From Acidobacteriota bacterium (lineage in GTDB: Bacteria > Acidobacteriota > Vicinamibacteria > Vicinamibacterales > UBA2999): a DNA stretch of 63,510 nt. The notes below the pieces were generated by a model that saw nothing but the letters and a program-made list of their open reading frames with translations, made no database searches and was not told where the DNA came from. A program made the position numbers and the translations under genes. Positions 28,666 to 36,426 of the stretch are shown here, one piece after another. The stretch is taken from positions 1-63,510 of the forward strand of contig JACQZV010000098.1 of NCBI GenBank assembly GCA_016213695.1, read 5' to 3'. Position 1 is the first letter of the stretch, and each line of letters opens with the position of its first letter.

Positions 28666-30210
28666 ATGCCGGAATCCCACCGTCACGTCAACCCGTGGAT
28701 CGTCGCGGTCGCGGTGATGTTCGCGACGTTCATGGAGGTGCTCGACACCACCGTCGTCAACGTGTCGTTGCCGCACATCGCGAGCAGCATGGCGGCGACG
28801 ACGGAGGAGGCGACGTGGGCGCTGACGTCGTACCTCGTGGCCAACGCCATCATCCTGCCGATGACCGGCTGGCTGGCGTCAACCTTCGGGCGCAAGCGCC
28901 TGCTGATGCTGTCGACGGCCGGCTTCACGCTGGCGTCGTTCCTCTGCGGCGCCGCGCCGAACCTGGCGTCGCTCGTGATCTTCCGGATCGTGCAGGGGAT
29001 GACCGGCGGCGCGCTCCAGCCGCTGTCGCAGGCGGTGCTCCTCGAGTCGTTCAAGCCCGAGGAGCGCGGGCGCGCCATGGGCTTCTGGGGCCTCGGCATC
29101 GTCGTCGCGCCGATTCTCGGGCCCGTCCTTGGCGGCTGGCTGACCGAGAACTACAGCTGGCGCTGGGTGTTCTACATCAACCTGCCGGTGGGCATCGCCT
29201 CGCTCGTGATGACGAAGCTGTTTGTCTTCGATCCGCCGTACCTGCGCCGGCAGTCGCAGGGGATCGACTACTGGGGCATGGGCATGCTGGCGCTCGGCAT
29301 CGGCTCGCTCCAGTACGTGCTCGATACGGGACAGCGCGACGACTGGTTCGAATCGTCCGTGATCACGGTCCTGTCCGTCATCGCGGCTGTCACGCTGGTC
29401 GTCCTGATCGTGCACCAGCTCCGCGCAGCGCATCCGATTGTGGACCTGCGTGTGTTCAAGAACCGGAGCTACGCGGTGGGCGTGTTCCTGATGACCGTGC
29501 TCGGCTTCGTGCTGTACGGCAGCATCGTGCTCCTGCCGATCATGCTGCAGGTGCTCTTCCGCTACACCTCGTTCCAGGCGGGCGAGGCGATGGCGCCGCG
29601 CGGGGTCGGGTCGCTGCTGATGATGCCGCTCGTGGGGTACCTGACCAGCCACGTCGATCCGCGCAAGCTCGTGGCGACCGGGCTCCTGCTCGGCGGCGGC
29701 ACGCTGATCTGGCTCGGGCAGCTCAACCTGAACGCGGGCTACTGGGACTTCTTCTGGGCGCAGGTCTTCCAGGGCGCCGGTCTGGCGCTGCTGTTCGTGC
29801 CGCTGACGACGATTGCGATGTCGACGATTGCGCGGGAGCGGATGGGGTATGCGACGAGCCTGTTCAACCTGATGCGGAATCTTGGCGGCAGCATCGGGAT
29901 TGCGATCACGGGCACGCTGCTGACGCGCCAGCGGCAGGCGGTGGGCGCGCGGCTGGGCGAGCAGGTCAGCGCCTACGATCCGACGACGCAGGCGCTGTTC
30001 GCGCAGATTCGGCGGGGCCTGATGGCGGCCGGCGTGGACGCGGCGACGGCGACCGAACGGGCGTATGCCGCGCTGCACGGCCTGCTGCTGCAGCAGGCGT
30101 CGATGGTCTCGTTCGTGATGCTGTTCCGCATGCTCGGCGGCCTGTTTCTGCTGATGCTGCCGATGGTCCTGCTGATGCGGCGGCCGGTGCGGAGCGCCGG
30201 GCCCCACTGA
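28666..30210 (+). CDS. emrB: DHA2-family MFS efflux permease
   Basis: FMEVLDTTVVNVSLPHIA, WALTSYLVANAI, WRWVFYINLPVG, LFNLMRNLGGSIG. Confidence 0.92.
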   Translation: MPESHRHVNPWIVAVAVMFATFMEVLDTTVVNVSLPHIASSMAATTEEATWALTSYLVANAIILPMTGWLASTFGRKRLLMLSTAGFTLASFLCGAAPNLASLVIFRIVQGMTGGALQPLSQAVLLESFKPEERGRAMGFWGLGIVVAPILGPVLGGWLTENYSWRWVFYINLPVGIASLVMTKLFVFDPPYLRRQSQGIDYWGMGMLALGIGSLQYVLDTGQRDDWFESSVITVLSVIAAVTLVVLIVHQLRAAHPIVDLRVFKNRSYAVGVFLMTVLGFVLYGSIVLLPIMLQVLFRYTSFQAGEAMAPRGVGSLLMMPLVGYLTSHVDPRKLVATGLLLGGGTLIWLGQLNLNAGYWDFFWAQVFQGAGLALLFVPLTTIAMSTIARERMGYATSLFNLMRNLGGSIGIAITGTLLTRQRQAVGARLGEQVSAYDPTTQALFAQIRRGLMAAGVDAATATERAYAALHGLLLQQASMVSFVMLFRMLGGLFLLMLPMVLLMRRPVRSAGPH

Positions 30211-30304
30211 TCGCAACTCCGCGCCGCTGACCCGATCCGGGCTGACGCGCTGCACAGCAACCCAGAATCCCACCTCCCGGCCCCCGGACTCCCATCGCCG
30301 CGTG

Positions 30305-31147
30305 TCAATGTGACGCGCCGGCCAGCGCCACGAATTCAGATTCAAGGCGCCGGGGCACGAGAAAAAGCATTTTCGTCAGATCGGCATTGGCCAGGCCGAT
30401 GCGTGCAAACGTCAATCGCCGCGTACGTCGTTGTCGCGTGAACGCGTACGTCGTGTACCCCAGCGTCGACAGCCAGGCGCCCAGTTCGCTCGTATATGTG
30501 AGCTCGGCCAGCAGGAGCGGCGCGTCTCGCCGCATCAGCTTCTCGGCGCCCGCCAGCACGTCGCGATCGCCGCCTTCGACATCCGTCTTGATTCCCGTGA
30601 CCCTCCAGGGTGCGTGCTCGACGAAATCATCGAGCGTCGTCGTCTCCACTTCCAGCGAATCACAGTCACCTGAGTCGGAGGAATCAGGGCGTCGTACGTG
30701 ACCCAATGAACTGTCTCGCATCCGCACGAATGTGGATGTGCCAGACACGCTCGACACGGCCTTCCGGATGATTGTCGCATTCGGAAACCGGTTCAGATTC
30801 CATTCGAGTGCGGGCAGGTTTCGAGGGTCCGGCTCAAAGGCAAACACATGGGCGACGCGCGGGAGCACGTACAGGGAGTAGTATCCGACATGGGCTCCCA
30901 CATCCAGAAACACGCCGTCTCGATCGAGGAAGCGCGTGAAGAGCGCCTCGGCTCCCCAGTCGATGTCCGCGTTCGTGACAAGAATCTCGGACACGCTGAG
31001 ATTTCGCGGCAGGCGAATGTCGAGTCCCGTAGGGAGCCTCAGGACATTGTCCCGGCGCAGGATCCTTTCGGAGATCTGCTGCAGGTACGTCCGCAACGCC
31101 CACTTGACGATCCCGACCTCACGGATATACCCGAGATTAAGCGACAT
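30305..31147 (-). CDS. FkbM-family SAM-dependent methyltransferase
   Basis: FLDVGAHVGYYS, AFEPDPRN, IKTDVEGGD; lower GC than flanks. Confidence 0.85.
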   Translation of the reverse strand: MSLNLGYIREVGIVKWALRTYLQQISERILRRDNVLRLPTGLDIRLPRNLSVSEILVTNADIDWGAEALFTRFLDRDGVFLDVGAHVGYYSLYVLPRVAHVFAFEPDPRNLPALEWNLNRFPNATIIRKAVSSVSGTSTFVRMRDSSLGHVRRPDSSDSGDCDSLEVETTTLDDFVEHAPWRVTGIKTDVEGGDRDVLAGAEKLMRRDAPLLLAELTYTSELGAWLSTLGYTTYAFTRQRRTRRLTFARIGLANADLTKMLFLVPRRLESEFVALAGASH

Positions 31148-31206
31148 CGCGGACCCGCACTGCGAACGGCACGATATCCCATCGTATCCCGAGAGCGACG
31201 CCGCCC

Positions 31207-32208
31207 CTACGAGGTCAGTGCCTCGGCGGCCGGCGAGTCGGGCCACGCGCGCTCCGGGAGCGCCGTGTAGCGCGCGTGCGCGAGGCTGGCCTGGAAGAGC
31301 GCGGTCTGTGAGGCCATGAACTGGAGCTTCAGCGCCAGCCGGACGAGCAGATAGATCTGGGCCAGCGCGACGCCCGCCCACATCGCGGCGCCCGGACGTG
31401 TCACCCCGGGCGCAACGAGCGCCCAGACCGCCATCAACACGAGAAAGGCGAGCGCGTTGACCGCGTAGAGGCCGAGTACGCGGCGCGGATGCCGTCCGAT
31501 GAAGGCGAGCGCCGCACGAAGCGCGCCGAGCACGCTCCGCCGATCCTCGACCACCAGCCGGATCCGCGCGTAGTCGAACACGATATTGGCGGCGACGAGC
31601 GACGCCCCGAACACGCCGTAGAGGATGAGGCGCCAGGCAAACGCCTGCCGCTCCACCGACAGGTCGCGCGTCAATCGCGTGTAGGCATCATCCAGAAGCC
31701 AGCCGTGGAGAGAGGTGAACAGGAACCAGTACACCGCGCCCGCAACGGCCGCCAGCCGGAGGAAACGCCAGAAGAAGACGCCGGCCGCGCCGAAGAAGCC
31801 GTACGCGCGCGTGGGACGCTGGCGCGCGTAGCGGTCGAGCACGCCGCCAGACAGGAAGGTCCACGCCAGCAGGTAGGCGGCGAGCGCGGCGGCAATCGGC
31901 GCCGTCTGTCCCTCCGCATCGAGGAGGCCGCTCAGGTTGTCGAGCGTCGCCGCGAATCCGACAATCGCGGGCGAGAAGGTGGCACCGACTCCGGAGGCCT
32001 GCGACGCGAACTCCTGCCACCAGTCGTAGTTCACCCCGTCGGCGGCGGCGTCGGCTGCCAGGCTGCGGCCGAGATGCGCCACGATCGATCCGCGCAGCAC
32101 CATCGCCAGCGGCAGCGCCGCGGTCGTCGTGAGCACGAAGACGCCGGCGAGCACCGCGGGCGCACGCAGGACGCGCCGAAGCCCGTCGAGCCAGACGGCG
32201 AGGATCAT
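31207..32208 (-). CDS. Multi-pass membrane protein of unknown function, coupled to the M1 peptidase
   Basis: Several hydrophobic helices, FDYARIRLVVEDRRS; ATGA overlap with the M1 gene. Confidence 0.7.
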   Translation of the reverse strand: MILAVWLDGLRRVLRAPAVLAGVFVLTTTAALPLAMVLRGSIVAHLGRSLAADAAADGVNYDWWQEFASQASGVGATFSPAIVGFAATLDNLSGLLDAEGQTAPIAAALAAYLLAWTFLSGGVLDRYARQRPTRAYGFFGAAGVFFWRFLRLAAVAGAVYWFLFTSLHGWLLDDAYTRLTRDLSVERQAFAWRLILYGVFGASLVAANIVFDYARIRLVVEDRRSVLGALRAALAFIGRHPRRVLGLYAVNALAFLVLMAVWALVAPGVTRPGAAMWAGVALAQIYLLVRLALKLQFMASQTALFQASLAHARYTALPERAWPDSPAAEALTS

Positions 32209-34244
32209 ACGAAGAACGCGTAGGTGACCATCAGGTCCTGCAGCCAGGCGAGCCACGCAAGGCTCCACTTCAGGCTGGCTTCGGCGGCGCGCGGCTCGAG
32301 CGTGGCGCTGTTGTTCGTAGAGTTGACGTCGAGCAGCAGGACCCGCTCGGGATCCACCTGCACCGAGAGGCCTTCTTCAGGCCGCTCGTAGGTGAAGATG
32401 GCCCGGCGCTCCCGGCCGTCCCAGTGCTCGGTGGCCCGCTGCCCGCCGCGGAACGTCGTGACGACGTCGACGGGGAAGATCGCCTCGCCGAACCTCCGCG
32501 CGACCACGGTCGTGCGATATCCGTCGGATGCGGACGTCGCGTCCGGCTTCAGCCGGACCTTCGTACTCGTGAAGCTCTGCACGCCGTAGTCGAACACGTT
32601 CGAGCTGCGGTACACCTGGTCGAAAAACCAGGTCATGTCGCGTCCCGCGACTTCGTTGACCACCGCAAAGAAGTCTTCCGGCTGCGGATGGCGGAACTTC
32701 CAGCGCTCGAAGTAGGTGGACAGGCTGCGCTGCAGCACCGGCCATCCGAGCAGCCGCTCGAGCGTGTGCAGCCAGAGCGCCGTCTTGTTGTAGGTGATGA
32801 AGGTCGCCGTGCCCGGCCAGTACCGGAACGTCGGGGTCGATGGCGCGTCGGCTTCGGCGTTGTCGCGATAGCCGGGCAGCCGGTTGCCGTCGGTGGCGCG
32901 CGCGAGCGGGATGCCGTCGATCGCCCAGGGGATGAACCCGCCGAAAAACCTGAGGCCGAGGCGATTGGCCAATCCCGCCGCCTCCAGCGTCCGCGCCTCG
33001 CTGAACGTGTTGACGCCCTCGTCCATCCACGCGCGCTCGAACTCGTTGCTGCCGACGATGGCGTACCAGAACTGGTGGCCGGCTTCATGGATCGCCACGC
33101 GCTCGGGCTGCGGCACCGACGAAGGTGCGAGCCACCGCGAGCCGGCGGTGAAGAGCGTCGGATACTCCATGCCGCCGCTGCCGCTCTGAAACGCGGGGTC
33201 GACAATCGTGATGTGGTTGTACGGATACGGTCCGAACCATTGTCCGTAATAGCGCAGCGCGGCCGCCGTGCCGTCGAAGTGGCGCTGTTGCTGGCCTGCG
33301 TGCTCCCGCTGGAGCAGCAGCCGCATCTCCACCGGCGGCAGCGTCGGGTCATAGAACGTCTGCCTCTCGTCTGTAAAGTCGGGGCTGGCCGCCCACGCGA
33401 AATCGTGCACGTCGGCGGCTGAGTAGGCGTGCGTCCGCGTGGGCGCAGTGGCGGCGCCCGCGACGACGGCGTCGCTGCACAGCCGCGGCGGCTCCGGCGT
33501 CGCCGAGGGCCGGCAACCGGTCGCGCCGACGACAAAGTCGCGGGGCACCGTGATCCGCACGTTGTAGACGCCGTAATCGGCGTAGAACTCGGTGGCCGCG
33601 TGGAACTGGTGGGTATTCCAGCCGCGATCCTCGAGCACGCCAAGCTTCGGGAACCACTGCGCGATGAAGTAGTAGTCGCCGATGTAGCCGGTGCGCGCGA
33701 AGGGGCGCGGCACCCGGGCCGTCCACTCGACCTCGATGTCGAGGGCGTCGTTCGGCTGCACGGGAACCGGCAGCGCCACTGCCATCACCGTCCGATCCGC
33801 CTTGTTTCCATCGTCGGGGGCGATGAAGCGCTGTTGGGCGGTCACGTCGACGCCCCGCGCGCGGAGACGAATCACATCGACCGACCCCCACGCGTCGGTG
33901 CGCGGGGTCCTGGACGTTCCGGCCAGGCGCCGCTCGCGCAGCCAGGTGGACTCGGGGTTGCGCCAGGCATTCCAGTAGAGGTGAAACTGCAGCTCGGACG
34001 CGGGGTTGGCGCTGATGTTGCGCCACCGGATCGTCTCCCGCCCCTTGAGCGTGCGGGCGGCGTGATCCAGCGCGACGTCGATGTCGTAGCTGGCGTTGCG
34101 CGGAGAACGCGCGCCCGGCTGCGGCTGATCGAAGCGCTGGGTGCCCGCCTGCCGGGCGCTGAGGCCCATCGGACAGGCCAGCACCAGGAGCCAGACCGCC
34201 ACAGTCCGCCCGAGGGCCGACGCTCCCATGGGATGCCAGCGCAT
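32205..34244 (-). CDS. M1 family metallopeptidase, secreted
   Basis: IAQWFPK, DVHDFAW, GGMEYP, HEAGHQFW...WMDEG, YNKTA; alternative ATG at 34229. Confidence 0.9.
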   Translation of the reverse strand: MRWHPMGASALGRTVAVWLLVLACPMGLSARQAGTQRFDQPQPGARSPRNASYDIDVALDHAARTLKGRETIRWRNISANPASELQFHLYWNAWRNPESTWLRERRLAGTSRTPRTDAWGSVDVIRLRARGVDVTAQQRFIAPDDGNKADRTVMAVALPVPVQPNDALDIEVEWTARVPRPFARTGYIGDYYFIAQWFPKLGVLEDRGWNTHQFHAATEFYADYGVYNVRITVPRDFVVGATGCRPSATPEPPRLCSDAVVAGAATAPTRTHAYSAADVHDFAWAASPDFTDERQTFYDPTLPPVEMRLLLQREHAGQQQRHFDGTAAALRYYGQWFGPYPYNHITIVDPAFQSGSGGMEYPTLFTAGSRWLAPSSVPQPERVAIHEAGHQFWYAIVGSNEFERAWMDEGVNTFSEARTLEAAGLANRLGLRFFGGFIPWAIDGIPLARATDGNRLPGYRDNAEADAPSTPTFRYWPGTATFITYNKTALWLHTLERLLGWPVLQRSLSTYFERWKFRHPQPEDFFAVVNEVAGRDMTWFFDQVYRSSNVFDYGVQSFTSTKVRLKPDATSASDGYRTTVVARRFGEAIFPVDVVTTFRGGQRATEHWDGRERRAIFTYERPEEGLSVQVDPERVLLLDVNSTNNSATLEPRAAEASLKWSLAWLAWLQDLMVTYAFFV

Positions 34245-34253
34245 GGTGCGTGC

Positions 34254-34263
34254 ATTCTATAAT
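34254..34263. promoter_or_regulatory. Overlapping divergent -10 boxes (ATTCTATAAT)
   Basis: + TATAAT 34258-34263; - TAGAAT 34259-34254. Confidence 0.55.
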
Positions 34264-34286
34264 CGGTTCTCTCGACTGGAGACGAC

Positions 34287-35291
34287 ATGGCAATTCGTGT
34301 GGCGCTCATCGGGCTCGGACCCATCGGCGCCGCGGTGGCGCGTCAGCTCGACGGCCGCAGCGGCTTCCGGATCGTGGGGGCCGTGGACATCGATCCGCTC
34401 AAGGCGGGCAAGGATGCCGGTGATGTACTCCAGGTCGGAAGGCGGCTGCGCGTGCGCGTCACCGAGCACATCGGAGGGACGCTGAAGGCCGCCAGGGCAG
34501 ACGTGGCGGTGCTGTGCACCAGCTCGGCGCTCAAGACCGCGCTGCCGCAGTTCGAAGAGGTGCTGAAGCAGCGCGTGCCGATTGTGACCACGACGGAGCA
34601 GGCGGCGTACCCGACGCCGCGGACCCGCCGTTTCGCGAAGCGGCTGGACGAGGCGGCGCGCCGGGCGAAGGTGGCCGTGCTGGGCACCGGTGTCAATCCC
34701 GGGTTCGTGATGGACACGCTCCCGATTGCGCTGACCGCGGCCTGCGAGCGCGTCGACCGCATCGAAGTGCACCGCGTGCAGGACGCGCGCCTGCGCCGGC
34801 TGCCGTTTCAACAGAAGATCGGCGCCGGCCTCACGCGGGACCAGTTCGAGCACGGCCTCGAGCGGGGCTCGCTGCGGCACGTCGGCTTCACCGAATCGAT
34901 CCGGATGATTGCCGACGCGGTGGGCTGGACGCTCGAGCGGGTGACCGACGAGGTCATACCGAAGATCGCCACGCAGCCCGTCGAGAGCGAGCTGCTGGCC
35001 GTCGATCCGGGGTACGTGTGCGGGCTGATTCAGGACGGCACCGGCTACGTCGCCGGGGTGCCGCGCATCAGGCTCCACCTCGAAGCCTACCTCGGCGCGC
35101 CCGAGTCGTACGACTCGGTGCTCATCGAAGGGTCGCCGCAGATCCACTCGATGATCGCCGGCGGCGTGCACGGCGACATCGCGACCGCTGCCATGGTGGT
35201 GAACTCGATTCCCGTCGTGCTCGCCGCGCCGCCCGGCTTGCGCACGATGCGCGACCTGCGGCTGCCCTCGTTCTATTCGGGGCGACGATAA
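34287..35291 (+). CDS. DapB-like NAD(P)-dependent oxidoreductase (2,4-diaminopentanoate dehydrogenase-like)
   Basis: GLGPIG Rossmann motif, LGTGVNPGFVMD, QQKIGAGL, GGVHGDIATAA. Confidence 0.8.
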   Translation: MAIRVALIGLGPIGAAVARQLDGRSGFRIVGAVDIDPLKAGKDAGDVLQVGRRLRVRVTEHIGGTLKAARADVAVLCTSSALKTALPQFEEVLKQRVPIVTTTEQAAYPTPRTRRFAKRLDEAARRAKVAVLGTGVNPGFVMDTLPIALTAACERVDRIEVHRVQDARLRRLPFQQKIGAGLTRDQFEHGLERGSLRHVGFTESIRMIADAVGWTLERVTDEVIPKIATQPVESELLAVDPGYVCGLIQDGTGYVAGVPRIRLHLEAYLGAPESYDSVLIEGSPQIHSMIAGGVHGDIATAAMVVNSIPVVLAAPPGLRTMRDLRLPSFYSGRR

Positions 35292-36355
35292 GCCGGCTGC
35301 CTCGCGGCCGTGTCAGCCCGTTGCTGTTCCAGCCTGAGCTGTGCCGCTCGCGCGCAATCCTGCATGACCCTGAAATACCGCTGCACCCAGTCGGCCCCGA
35401 TGTCGTACGGGTGCGGACCGTTGCCGCGCCCGGCGATCATGCGGTTCTTGCTGACCGCATTGTCGAACTCCGAATGGTTCGAGAGGATGACGGTGGCACC
35501 GGTGGCAGCGGCCTGCGCGGCCATGTGCCGCTGCGAGTCGATATAGGTCTGAAAGTTCCGGATGCCCGGGTCTGGTGTGTTGTTCGTGAAGTTGAATGCC
35601 GTGCCGCCCGAATAGGCCACATTGACCCGGCGGCCCCTGTCCCGCACGGCAAACGTCAGCGACAGCGTGCCCGGCGTGTGGCCCGGGGTTTCCCAGAGGG
35701 TCACCGTCGTGTCGCCGAGCGTGACGTTCATCCCGTCGGTCCCGACGATGTCGCGCTTTGGCGCCATGGTCTTGTACCGGTTCGGGTACGTTTCGACCAG
35801 CCGCCAGTCGGGCGCGCCCATGACGATGCGGGCGCCGAAGCGGGCCTGCAGCATCTCAGCGCCGCCGATATGGTCGGCGTGGGCGTGGGAGATGACGACG
35901 TACTTGATGTCCCGCGGATTGAGGCCCAGCCGCTTCATCCCGCCGAGGATCAACTCCTCTGAATTGTAGGGATAGATCGTATCGAGCAGGATGATGCCGG
36001 CGCTCGTCGTCAGCGCCCAGGACGAGTGCACCTTGCCGCCGACGAAGTAGAGGTTGTCGAAGACCTTCGCCGGATCCGCGTACCAGGTGTCGCGCGCCGG
36101 CGCGCTGGCCGGGTTGGTGACGTATGCCGGCACGGCGTCGGTGGTATTGTCGCCACCGCTCTGCGGCAGCAGGCAGATGCGGGCCAGGGTGCCGAGGAAC
36201 TCGAATCCCGCCGCATCCTTGGCCGACTGGAGCGAGGCCAGGATTTCCGCGTCGAAGTGTCTCGCGGCCGGCCGCTCTTGCGCGGCCGCGCTGATGCCGG
36301 CGAGTCCGGCAACCATGGACACCGCCGCCCCGATTCCGAGCAGCCGCGATTTCAT
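35273..36355 (-). CDS. Secreted metallo-beta-lactamase-fold hydrolase, subclass B3-like
   Basis: Signal peptide; FDNLYFVG, SHAHADHIGG, TPGHTPG, LSNH. Confidence 0.85.
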   Translation of the reverse strand: MKSRLLGIGAAVSMVAGLAGISAAAQERPAARHFDAEILASLQSAKDAAGFEFLGTLARICLLPQSGGDNTTDAVPAYVTNPASAPARDTWYADPAKVFDNLYFVGGKVHSSWALTTSAGIILLDTIYPYNSEELILGGMKRLGLNPRDIKYVVISHAHADHIGGAEMLQARFGARIVMGAPDWRLVETYPNRYKTMAPKRDIVGTDGMNVTLGDTTVTLWETPGHTPGTLSLTFAVRDRGRRVNVAYSGGTAFNFTNNTPDPGIRNFQTYIDSQRHMAAQAAATGATVILSNHSEFDNAVSKNRMIAGRGNGPHPYDIGADWVQRYFRVMQDCARAAQLRLEQQRADTAARQPAYRRPE

Positions 36356-36426
36356 CGGGTGAGTGTACCCGCCAGGCCTGAGACTGTCACTCCGGGCGAT
36401 CGCCGTCCTCCGGCCAGGGAGCGGCT

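Noticed and set aside
35273-36355. Calling this a clinical-type antibiotic resistance gene
   Set aside because: The MBL fold alone does not show beta-lactam specificity, and there is no mobile context
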